From contig OZ246969.1 in NCBI GenBank assembly GCA_965232345.1, forward strand, positions 2,369,613 through 2,433,612: a stretch of 64,000 bases of DNA. Reading direction: 5' to 3'. A program made the translations under genes and the position numbers. Each line of letters starts with the position of its first letter. Positions within the stretch are counted from its first letter, which is position 1. The notes below the pieces were generated by a model. That model made no database searches. It saw only the letters and a program-made list of their open reading frames with translations, and was not told where the DNA came from. The DNA is from Arenicellales bacterium. Lineage in GTDB: Bacteria; Pseudomonadota; Gammaproteobacteria; Arenicellales; JAJDZL01. Positions 19,979 through 28,536 of the stretch are shown here, piece by piece.

Positions 19979-21316
19979 TCAGGTACCCGCCAACTCTGAA
20001 ATTCTCCTGTTCAATTCTCTGGGTACGGCAAACTCTAGAGATTTCTTGTTGATGTGAATTTTGATCAATAGCGCGCGCTCCACCAAGTCCAGCAAATCTG
20101 CTCTGGCGGTGGCGTATGCGCAACCATGACTATTCTTGTGGGAATAGATGGTGTACGCCTGGCGCGGGTGATTTAGCGCATGATTCAGCAGGGCGAGCTG
20201 CCGGTGATTCAATGACAGTTCCTTCAGATCTTTGCCAACTCGATCGATTTGCAATTGTTTTGCTTCAACGTATTTGCAGAATTCTTTGATGCTCGTGCAT
20301 ATGACATCAAGTTGATGATGAAAAAAATAGGTCATATCGTTCTCGTCGGTTTCTACGAATTGATACGCATAACCGTATTGAGCGGGAGCTTTTTGGATTA
20401 TTCTGCTGATTGAGAAAAAAGTGAAGGTGTTATAGCCGCTTTTCAGTACAGAATGATAGAACAATGCTCTGGCAACCCTGCCATTGCCGTCAACAAAAGG
20501 GTGATCATGCCCAATCATGAAGTGCAGCGCAATTGCTCTTAGAATCGGGTGCAAATAATGGGTGTTACTGTCAGTTTGATTCGCGAAATCAATCAGATTT
20601 TGCAGTCTGGTTGGCAACTGTTCGGCGGGTGGCGGGTAAAAGAAAACTTTGCCATACTGATCGGCGATGAACACACGCTTCTCATCTTTCGTTTGAATGC
20701 GCCCGCAGTCATGTTGTTCTTGCAACGTATGATCAGTCAACAATTCATGCAAGTCCATGATTCGGTCGAAAGTCAACAGCCCATCTGAATTGTCGCGAAT
20801 TTGTGCCATGGCCTTGTAGTTGTTGAAGATCATGCGTTCATCCCGATTTCTCGGGACTCGACCACTACGAATCATGTCACTGGCAATCTGTCTTGTTGTC
20901 AGCGCTCCTTCCAACTGGCTTGATGTAATCGCCTCTTCAATTAATGACATCGCCATGAACTGAGCGTCATGCATCGACTCTACGGTTTGTCGCGGACTTG
21001 AAGCACCCCCAGTGCTGCTGTCGATAAAGTGCAGCATCTGTAGGATTTGATCGGTCAACACATAGCTGAAGTTGTTCCCAAATTGATCTTCGAAAGGCAG
21101 CGTTCTCTTTCCTGCGTTTCTGGCAATCTTGGTTGCCAGCCACCAGGTTTCTGAACTCAAGCCTTCGGGTGGAGCTAGGTACTTGAACTTATGCCAGTGA
21201 CGATATTTTGTCTGGGGTTCACCAGAAACTTCCAAAACTCTCGCCATGACAGCCGCGTCATCTCTATTCTTGTCGATCAGGTCGCGAAGTTTCGGCGCCG
21301 GTTGTATTCTTTGCAT
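19979..21316 (-). CDS. Fic-family protein (AMPylase-type motif) with an N-terminal inhibitory-helix motif
   Basis: 445 aa. Canonical Fic motif HPFVDGNGRVAR, with an upstream SSQLEG that matches the (S/T)xxxE(G/N) auto-inhibition motif. Local GC is low (38/100 at 20301-20400) versus about 50% in the flanks. Confidence 0.85.
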   Translation of the reverse strand: MQRIQPAPKLRDLIDKNRDDAAVMARVLEVSGEPQTKYRHWHKFKYLAPPEGLSSETWWLATKIARNAGKRTLPFEDQFGNNFSYVLTDQILQMLHFIDSSTGGASSPRQTVESMHDAQFMAMSLIEEAITSSQLEGALTTRQIASDMIRSGRVPRNRDERMIFNNYKAMAQIRDNSDGLLTFDRIMDLHELLTDHTLQEQHDCGRIQTKDEKRVFIADQYGKVFFYPPPAEQLPTRLQNLIDFANQTDSNTHYLHPILRAIALHFMIGHDHPFVDGNGRVARALFYHSVLKSGYNTFTFFSISRIIQKAPAQYGYAYQFVETDENDMTYFFHHQLDVICTSIKEFCKYVEAKQLQIDRVGKDLKELSLNHRQLALLNHALNHPRQAYTIYSHKNSHGCAYATARADLLDLVERALLIKIHINKKSLEFAVPRELNRRISELAGT

Positions 21317-21589
21317 TAGATTTCGTCGAATTCAAAATATATCAAATCATAGTGAATTGATAAATATAGATCAAAATGAAATCAATTGAGACAAATATTC
21401 AAATTTACATTTTCAAAACGCCGGTCTATTGAAAAATCGCACAAGTTTAACAAGTGGCGACTTAAGCTATTGAAAATATATTATAAAAAAAATCTCGATG
21501 GCACTACAAACTCACCATTTCCATCAATATTCCAACCGGTGGATATTGGTCAAAGTGTGGAACTGACTGCGAGAAAAATGAAATTCACA

Positions 21590-21670
21590 GTGACACATGA
21601 ACTGGAGGATGCGGGTCACATTCACGGGAATCGCCGTGTCACATAATGTCGGAATGGATGTGTCACATTC
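21590..21670. promoter_or_regulatory. cluster of four GTGTCAC(AT)-type repeats upstream of the Fic gene
   Basis: Read directly: GTCACATTC at 21615-21623, GTGTCACATA at 21636-21645, ATGTGTCACATTC at 21658-21670, and an inverted copy GTGACACAT at 21590-21598. Direct copies are spaced about 23-25 nt apart. Confidence 0.4.
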
Positions 21671-21876
21671 CAGTGGATTTTTCAGACTGACCTTGCCGCT
21701 GGATCACGATCACTTGTTGCCAGCGCGAAAGTTCAAGCGCAAGCTCGTCCAGGTTCGTTGCGATTGTTTTCCAATAGTAATGTAATCAGGCGATGTCGCT
21801 GGGCTTCGGAGGGCCGAAAGAAAGCCAAGTTCCTGCGTTTGAAGAAATTGAATGCAGCGGAAAATTTCAACTTGTT

Positions 21877-23406
21877 TCAGGTGACTACAGACAAATGAAT
21901 GCCTGCCTGCTGCAGGTAGAGCTTCTCCTGAATCAGATCGGCGCGCGTGAGGGGATGCTGGTTCAGCCAGTCAGTTGGAAACTCAATTGAGATTTGCTTT
22001 TTTTTCGCTTTGCAAGTCACTGATAATCCGTGTCGAGCAGTACGCGGTCGATGCAACAGGACTGCAAGGCGCAGCAATACGCAAAGCCTGCGCATGATGC
22101 GCTTAGGCAGTTGAGTGCTGTATGCATCGAATTCTTCTTTCGGGATTTTGCGTCGATGCCATCGAACCAGCGCGCCAAGCGCGGTCTGCTCAGATCGCGA
22201 GAAGCCAGCCATATCCGAATTCTGCAACAGATAAGCGCCGTGTTCTTGATACTTGGCGTGCGCGATTGATAGTCCGATTTCGTGAACCAATGCCGCCCAG
22301 CTGAGCAAATTGCGCGTTTGAGGGTATTCGGCAAACCACCTGGTCTTCACCTGATCGTACATGGAAAGGGCGGAATCTTGGACGCGGCGGGCATGCGATT
22401 GATCAACAGCCCACTGTTTGGTCAAGGCCTGAACGGTAAGTTCTCTCGCATCTTCATTGCGAAGTCGGCCCAACAGGTCGTACATCACGCCTTCGCGCAG
22501 GGCCAGATCCGAAACTTGCATTTTCTTGATCTTCAGCAGCTCGAACAATGCGCTGACAATCGCAAATCCCCCGGGAAGCACCTCACAGCGATCTGAATCA
22601 AACCCAAGCTCAACCAGATCCGAGGTATGCTTTCGATTCAGAATTTCTTCACGAAGCTGCTGCAGAGCTTGCTTCGATATTATTCCATTGCCGAGATTCA
22701 GCAGCTCGATCGCACCTCCGACTGCTCGGATAGTGCCGGAGCAGCCCAACGCTTTTTCCCAACCGTGATCGCGATACTGTTTGTTCACAGCTCTGATCTC
22801 CAATTGCGCGGCTTGTTCGGCTCGAACCATTCGCTCCTCAGTGATCCGACCATTGCGGAAATGAGTTTGTGAATGACTGACACAACCGATGTACAAGCTT
22901 TCCACCAGGTGAGGGGAGTGCCCGCTGCCGGCAATGATTTCGGTACTGCCCCCTCCGATGTCAATGACCAGCTGATTTTCGGCATTTTCCGCTGAGAGGC
23001 CGTAGCAGACTGATTCATAGATAAGCCTGGCTTCCTCGCGCCCCGTGATGACCTCAATCGAATGTCCGAGGGACCTCTCCGCTTCTGGCAGAAACTGGTG
23101 AATGTTCTTGGCTTTGCGAAAGGTATTGGTGCCGACAGCTCTGATATTGGATGATGGCACATCGCGCAGTCTTTCGCCGAAACGACACAGACAGCCCAGA
23201 GCGCGTTTTTGGGCCTGCGGTGTCAGGTTGGAATGTGAATCGAGTCCGCCCCCGAGTCGCACAATCTCCTTGATCCGATCAACAACGACCAGCCTGCCGT
23301 TTTCCAGTCGGGCAATAACAAGATGAAAACTATTTGAACCGAGATCGACAGCGGCAATGAATTCAGCGTCCGCGGTCGTCTGGAGGCGGTTGGCGACTGC
23401 GATCAC
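21877..23406 (-). CDS. ppx: exopolyphosphatase / guanosine pentaphosphate phosphohydrolase (Ppx/GppA family)
   Basis: 509 aa. AAVDLGSNSFHLVIAR, VIDIGGGSTEI, and an HD-like C-terminal domain (LSWAALVHEIGLSIAH). GTGA overlap with the upstream sixA-like gene. Confidence 0.88.
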   Translation of the reverse strand: MIAVANRLQTTADAEFIAAVDLGSNSFHLVIARLENGRLVVVDRIKEIVRLGGGLDSHSNLTPQAQKRALGCLCRFGERLRDVPSSNIRAVGTNTFRKAKNIHQFLPEAERSLGHSIEVITGREEARLIYESVCYGLSAENAENQLVIDIGGGSTEIIAGSGHSPHLVESLYIGCVSHSQTHFRNGRITEERMVRAEQAAQLEIRAVNKQYRDHGWEKALGCSGTIRAVGGAIELLNLGNGIISKQALQQLREEILNRKHTSDLVELGFDSDRCEVLPGGFAIVSALFELLKIKKMQVSDLALREGVMYDLLGRLRNEDARELTVQALTKQWAVDQSHARRVQDSALSMYDQVKTRWFAEYPQTRNLLSWAALVHEIGLSIAHAKYQEHGAYLLQNSDMAGFSRSEQTALGALVRWHRRKIPKEEFDAYSTQLPKRIMRRLCVLLRLAVLLHRPRTARHGLSVTCKAKKKQISIEFPTDWLNQHPLTRADLIQEKLYLQQAGIHLSVVT

Positions 23407-23921
23407 TGACTGCCTAGTTTGTGAAGAATTGACGGACTAAGAAACCATTGCAGGACACCTTCGGAATTGCCTGGATGGTCATTGAAGGAGATCAGGCAGG
23501 CACCGGCTTTACCGAACTTCGCGCGTTGCGCCTGAGCGCCGCAAAATTCCTGCATCAACCATCCCATGTCGGGTTCATGTCCAACCAGCACGACGGTGCC
23601 GGTTTCTCCTCTCAGCCAGCGATTGACTGTGTGAAAACTGCATCCCGGTGTCAGCAGATCAGACACCTCGAGCTGCGGGCGTTGATTTTCAGGAATGGCC
23701 TCCTGGAACAGTTGAGCGGTTTGCACGGCCCTGGTATATGGACTGCTGACGATTCGCTGTATATCACCGTCCAGGCTTTTGTACAAGCCCTTGCCAACCA
23801 GTTTCATTCGGTCGATGCCGGCGTTTGTAAGGGGACGTTTTGATTCTGGCGCACCGTCGCTGTTCATGTGAAAAACATAGCGGTCTTCGGCTGCGGCATG
23901 TCTCAATAGAACAAGTCTCAT
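23403..23921 (-). CDS. sixA: phosphohistidine phosphatase SixA-like (histidine phosphatase superfamily)
   Basis: From the internal ATG at 23921: MRLVLLRHAAAE (RHA/G catalytic motif) and VLVGHEPDMG. The track ORF start at 24005 adds an implausible extension. Confidence 0.72.
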   Translation of the reverse strand: MRLVLLRHAAAEDRYVFHMNSDGAPESKRPLTNAGIDRMKLVGKGLYKSLDGDIQRIVSSPYTRAVQTAQLFQEAIPENQRPQLEVSDLLTPGCSFHTVNRWLRGETGTVVLVGHEPDMGWLMQEFCGAQAQRAKFGKAGACLISFNDHPGNSEGVLQWFLSPSILHKLGSQ

Positions 23922-24408
23922 AACTCTACGAACAAAGCGGGTGAAGGCTGAAAAGGCTCTCGGGGGCAGTGAAAATAACGGTAGATAAGTATAAAGTAAA
24001 ACCATCGCCCATCGTGGTTAGCTTGTTCGGTTTTCGGGTTGTCAGAACACCAGATTCGAAGCGTCGAAGTGCAATATTCGAATCGGGCAGACGGTCTGAC
24101 GGAAGCATTGATTCGAGGGGGGAGCCTTCCACCAATGATCAAAGCAATATTTGTATGGGGAAAACAGACGAACGCAACTGTTTGCCCAGCAGTTGCTTTA
24201 CGGTCTGGCTGTCAGACTGCACTCCTCATCAAGCGCGATATGAGCCGCTTGCTGGCGTGGTTCATGGTGAATTCTTGAGTCTCACCAATGCAAGAAACGC
24301 AACGGTAAACCCGCGGAATTCTGCAGAAAACAGGTCGAATTCGCCTGGTCAAATCAACCCACTAAAAAGTCAATGTTAACAAGGATTTCACAGTGTTCAC
24401 AAAACTTC

Positions 24409-24430
24409 AAAAAAATCTGAGTCCTAATCA
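24409..24430. repeat. left copy of the 22-bp direct repeat AAAAAAATCTGAGTCCTAATCA (putative attL core)
   Basis: Exact 22/22 identity with 59710-59731. The flanking bases differ on both sides. Confidence 0.85.
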
Positions 24431-25182
24431 TATCTTATACTGTAATAAATTAGTATGAAGGAATAAATTGTTGAAATTCAGCTGAGCGGTTGGCGGTTGA
24501 AAAGTTCGCCGACTTGTTGGTTTCGACGGGAGAGAATTTCACAGAAAAGTTACGAGTTTCCGAACTTCAGGATCGAAAATAGTCTTGAGTGTCATCGGGC
24601 GAATTCACATGGAATCCGGCATCTCTCAAGCATCACTCCACAGCATCTCGACAAAGGTCAATGCAAAAACTGAAGAGACCGCATGAGAAGATCGGAGAAC
24701 GATTGCATGCCGCATTTGGAATGTTTCGGCATCGATCGAGAGCTGAGCTGGGTTCGGCAGTTCAGCCAGGTATTGGTCTCGCCTGACAGGCATTCGAATT
24801 CAAAGTGCAAAAACGGTGCCGGTGAGCATCGCCCGAGAGCAACATTGACATTGATGAATGATGGCAGGAATTGCCGCAGCCGGAGATTGACTGCTTGCAG
24901 AGAGTGTGGATGTGCGATCGAAATCACATTGCGGCTGGTGGAGCTGGCGAGCCAGGCCGGGACCTTTTGACATTTGGAATCGGGAATGCGCAGAGCAATT
25001 GCCATGAATGCACAATTGCCGCGGATGGCGGCTCAGGGTCAATTGCCGCGCGGCGGCGTCAGCTCGGCCCGGCTGACACAGTACGTACACTCTGTCCCAG
25101 CCCCCGCCGGCCGCCGGCGCGCGCGGACCGCCCGCGCCCCGCACCCGCCGCGGCGCGCCCGTCCGCCGCTGAGACACTTGCC

Positions 25183-25797
25183 ATGACTACCGTGCCAGAC
25201 GCGCCGCCGCCCGCCGGCCGCCTCATCGAGCGGCGCGGCCGCAAATACCTGAGCGCCGCCGAGCGCGCCCGCTTCCTCGCCGCCGCCCGGCAGGCCGCGC
25301 GCCCCGAGGTCCAGACCCTGGCCCTGACCCTGGCGCACACCGGCTGCCGCATCTCCGAAGCCCTGGCCCTGCGCGCCGCCGATGTCGACCTCGAGCAGTC
25401 GCTGCTGCGCATCCGCACGCTCAAGCGCCGCACCGAGTGCTGGCGCGAGGTGCCGGTGCCGGCCGAGCTCATCCGCAGCCTCGAACTCGTGCACCGCCTC
25501 AGAACCCGGCAGGGCCGCGCCGCCCGCAGCCGCGCGCGGCTGTGGCCCATGTCGCGCTCCAGCGCCTCGCGCCATATCCGCCGCCTCATGGACCAGGCCG
25601 CCATCCGCGGCCCGCAAGCCTGCGCCAAGGGGCTGCGCCACGGCTTTGGAATCGCCGCGGTCGCAGCCGGTGTGCCGCTCACCACCCTGGCGGCGGTGCT
25701 CGGCCACGCCAGCATCACCACCACCGCAATCTACGCCACGGCGGCCGGCAATGAGGCGCGCCAGCAGCTCAGCCGCATGTGGCGGCGCGCCCCCTAG
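25183..25797 (+). CDS. short tyrosine recombinase (catalytic domain only, about 204 aa)
   Basis: From the ATG at 25183: HTGCRISEALAL (Arg I), KGLRHGFG (H-x-x-R region), LGHASITTTAIY (His/Tyr). No recognisable N-terminal core-binding domain. Very high GC (84/100 at 25201-25300). Confidence 0.72.
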   Translation: MTTVPDAPPPAGRLIERRGRKYLSAAERARFLAAARQAARPEVQTLALTLAHTGCRISEALALRAADVDLEQSLLRIRTLKRRTECWREVPVPAELIRSLELVHRLRTRQGRAARSRARLWPMSRSSASRHIRRLMDQAAIRGPQACAKGLRHGFGIAAVAAGVPLTTLAAVLGHASITTTAIYATAAGNEARQQLSRMWRRAP

Positions 25798-25800
25798 CGC

Positions 25801-26763
25801 TCAGTCCGCATCAATGCTGTCAAGATGCTCCGCCAGACTGCGAAGATGCTCGATCTCCGGGTGCACGTAGCGCATCGTCATCTTCATGTCGGTGTGCCCG
25901 AGCAGACACTGCAGCTCCTTGTACAGCCCAAGCCTCGCCAGCTTGGTGGCCATGGTGTGCCGCAGCTTGTGCGCCGAAATGCTCACCCCGGTCGCAAACC
26001 GCACGCGGGAGAAGAAATTCGACACCGCGCGGCTGTTCATCCGGCCCTCGCGGCACGAGCGGTAGTGCGACGAGAATAGCGAGATGTCGAAGACATAGCG
26101 CTTGTCGAGCTGCGCATCCTCGCCCAGCACCGACACTGTGCGCTCGCGCAGCAGCTCGAGCGACGGCAGCAGCTTCGCCACGATCGGAATCTGCCAGCCG
26201 CGCCGATTCTTGCTCGACTCGGCGCGCAGCTCGATCGTCGCCCGCTCCAGATCCACGTCGCCCCACTTGAGCTCGGTCAGCTGCCGGCGGCGCATGCCCG
26301 TGAAGAACAGCGTCCGCAACAGCACCGCCCAGTACCAGCCCGGCTGGACCGATGTGCGCTCATCCTGCAGAAACGCCATCACCTTCCTCAGCTCCCGGTC
26401 CGTGACGATCTTGGGCCGCTCGACATTCGCCCGCATCAGCAGACCGGACAGGCTGCCCGGCGCCTCCTCCGGCATCAGCCCCCGCCCGGCGGCGAAGCTG
26501 CACAGCGCCCGCATGTGCCTGAGATAGTTGTTCCAAGTGGAGTTGCTGACGTTGCGCGCCAGCGTCCGCTCGCGCCACCGAAGCAGCGCCTCGCGAGTCA
26601 CCTCGCCTGTCCTGTGCACGCCTGAATCGCGCACGAATATATGCGCCACAAACCGGTAGTGAGTGGCCGAAGCGTCCGACAGTGCGCGCTCGCGCGCGTA
26701 CTCCCGCATCAGTTCAAATATATTCATTGACTTATCCTCCTGCGTATGCGCATGAGAGTTCAA
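25801..26763 (-). CDS. tyrosine-type site-specific integrase (XerC/D-like size)
   Basis: 320 aa. N-terminal SAM-like region, FFTGMRRRQLTELKW (Arg I), HKLRHTMAT (HxxR), LLGHTDMKMTMRYVH (His/Tyr). Its stop lies 3 nt from the stop of the convergent short recombinase. Confidence 0.85.
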   Translation of the reverse strand: MNSHAHTQEDKSMNIFELMREYARERALSDASATHYRFVAHIFVRDSGVHRTGEVTREALLRWRERTLARNVSNSTWNNYLRHMRALCSFAAGRGLMPEEAPGSLSGLLMRANVERPKIVTDRELRKVMAFLQDERTSVQPGWYWAVLLRTLFFTGMRRRQLTELKWGDVDLERATIELRAESSKNRRGWQIPIVAKLLPSLELLRERTVSVLGEDAQLDKRYVFDISLFSSHYRSCREGRMNSRAVSNFFSRVRFATGVSISAHKLRHTMATKLARLGLYKELQCLLGHTDMKMTMRYVHPEIEHLRSLAEHLDSIDAD

Positions 26764-26986
26764 AAATTAGCACGCCAATCGCCCGCCGCACCGCACGGAA
26801 TCATCCAGACAGCGCGCCGCTTCGCGCTGACATGCCGTTCGAACATACTGAATTTAGATAATTTCACCGAAAAAATCAAATTGAATTCACGCACACAGCG
26901 CATTCGCTCTTGAATTTGAGCGCTTTGTTCAATACTGTTCCATAACTGACAGGCTTCAGCAGCAACCCGATCGGCGGCGGCCGCGG

Positions 26987-28528
26987 TCAGGCGCGCGGCC
27001 CGCGAAACGGCCCCCTCAGCACATCCGAAACGCCGCCGGCAGCGCGGTCCAGCCGCCCGCTCAGCTGCCCCCAGCCGCCCGCCAGAGCCTGCGCCGAGCG
27101 CGAGCTGAGCGCGCCGATCAGCAGGAACCAGGCCAGCGGCAGCGTCAGGTACGCGGTCAGCGTGATCAGCCCCAGCACCACATCGGCCACTGTGCCGCTG
27201 CCGCCGAACTCGAACGCCAGCGCATCTGGATACATCGTCTTCAGCAGCTTCTCATCAAGAAACTCAGCCACCGCCCACAGCGCGGTCACGAACCGCAGCG
27301 CGAACAGCATCACCACCGCCCGCACGATGATGCCCGGCTGCAGCGCCGCATACGGCACCACCAGCGGCAGCATCACATACATCAGCATCAGCATCAGCGC
27401 CTGCAGCATCGGCAGCCCGACCACCACCAGCTCCATGACAATGTGCAGCAGCGCCGCCAGCGCCAGCGCGCCGATGCCGGCGGCGATCTGCTGCAGCCCG
27501 TCCGCCGACAGCCACCCCAGCGAGTTGAAGAAGATGCCGGACTCGCGGTCGGCCCGCTCGACCATGATGCGCGGCACCTGATTCAGCATGCGCCGCAGCA
27601 CCCGGTCCTCAAAGCGGCGCACCAGGTCCGGATATCTGCGCCGCTTCTCGGCATCCATGCTGTCCACCACCCGCTCGATATCGCGTTTGAACGACGGCGA
27701 CTGCTGATGCAGATTGCCCAGCAGCCGCCCGCGCAGCCCCCGCGCGGCATCGTCCCACCAGACATCGCAGCGCGGCCGTCCGGCGCCCGGACCCGCGCCG
27801 AGCCAGGCCGCGACCGGCATCCGCGCCTGATAGCCGGTTCCGCAGCGCTGGACATCCGGGCAGGCCCGGTAATAGCCCTCGGTGCGAACAAAAAGATGCG
27901 AGCCGAGCCAGTCCACCGCCTCGAAATCATCCGCCGCCTGCGGCGCGTCCGGCGCGCGCTGGTACTTGGCCAGCGACGGCTCGTAGCAGTCGCGCCGAAA
28001 CTGCCCGAGCTCGGCGATCAGGCTCTCATCGTCGATCGAAAGCTGCGCGACTCTGAGCAGACTCGCCCGCAGCACGGCCGGACTGCCCAGCCCGTCGATG
28101 ACCGACACCACCCGGTCCGTGACCAGCGACGAAGCCTGGTGCACCAGCCACCATAGAATCGGCACCCGAAATCCCTCAACTGAATAGGCACCGTCCAGAT
28201 ACGGCAGATCGGGCGCCTGCGCATGAGTCGGCGTGTCCGTGTAAGGCGCGTCGAACCGGATCTCGTCGCGGCTGACCGGCACCGCCGGCAGAAAGGCGAA
28301 CACGATCACCGCCGCGGCGCTCAGCGCGTCAAGCTCCATGCGCCTCAGCGACACAGCCGCCGCCTCGCGCATCGACTGGCTCCGCATGGGCTCCGACCAG
28401 TTGCGCCAGATCAGCACCGCCAGGGGCAGCAGCACGAGACCGCTGCCGGCCAGCAGCTGCGCGATGCCGTTGGCGATGTGCCAGCCTGTCAGCGTGGTGG
28501 CCAGCTCGAAGTAGGAGTGAACGTTCAT
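26987..28528 (-). CDS. TraG N-terminal-domain-like conjugal transfer membrane protein (terminal gene of the ICE T4SS cluster)
   Basis: About 513 aa from MNVHSYFELATTLTGW. Multiple TM segments at both ends with a large central periplasmic-looking region. Its position after the PFL_4711-like gene matches the family gene order. High GC. Confidence 0.65.
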   Translation of the reverse strand: MNVHSYFELATTLTGWHIANGIAQLLAGSGLVLLPLAVLIWRNWSEPMRSQSMREAAAVSLRRMELDALSAAAVIVFAFLPAVPVSRDEIRFDAPYTDTPTHAQAPDLPYLDGAYSVEGFRVPILWWLVHQASSLVTDRVVSVIDGLGSPAVLRASLLRVAQLSIDDESLIAELGQFRRDCYEPSLAKYQRAPDAPQAADDFEAVDWLGSHLFVRTEGYYRACPDVQRCGTGYQARMPVAAWLGAGPGAGRPRCDVWWDDAARGLRGRLLGNLHQQSPSFKRDIERVVDSMDAEKRRRYPDLVRRFEDRVLRRMLNQVPRIMVERADRESGIFFNSLGWLSADGLQQIAAGIGALALAALLHIVMELVVVGLPMLQALMLMLMYVMLPLVVPYAALQPGIIVRAVVMLFALRFVTALWAVAEFLDEKLLKTMYPDALAFEFGGSGTVADVVLGLITLTAYLTLPLAWFLLIGALSSRSAQALAGGWGQLSGRLDRAAGGVSDVLRGPFRGPRA

Positions 28529-28536
28529 GGCCCGCG

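Noticed and set aside
24005-24870. Expected a tRNA or tmRNA gene at the island boundary (also checked 59112-60011)
   Set aside because: I found no GTTCRANNC T-loop flanked by complementary arms, no acceptor/CCA-like end, and no cloverleaf. The repeat's GTCCTAA loop between CTGA/TCAG superficially resembles an anticodon loop, but nothing else around it is tRNA-like.
24871-25182. N-terminal extension of the short recombinase ORF (track start 24871)
   Set aside because: The extension crosses the sharp GC transition and contains the CAATTGCC repeats. It has no resemblance to an integrase core-binding domain, so the ATG at 25183 is preferred. Not fully excluded.
25039-25870. Several 100-220-aa ORFs overlapping the short recombinase on both strands
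   Set aside because: Same high-GC artefact. Only the frame starting at 25183 carries a recombinase catalytic signature.
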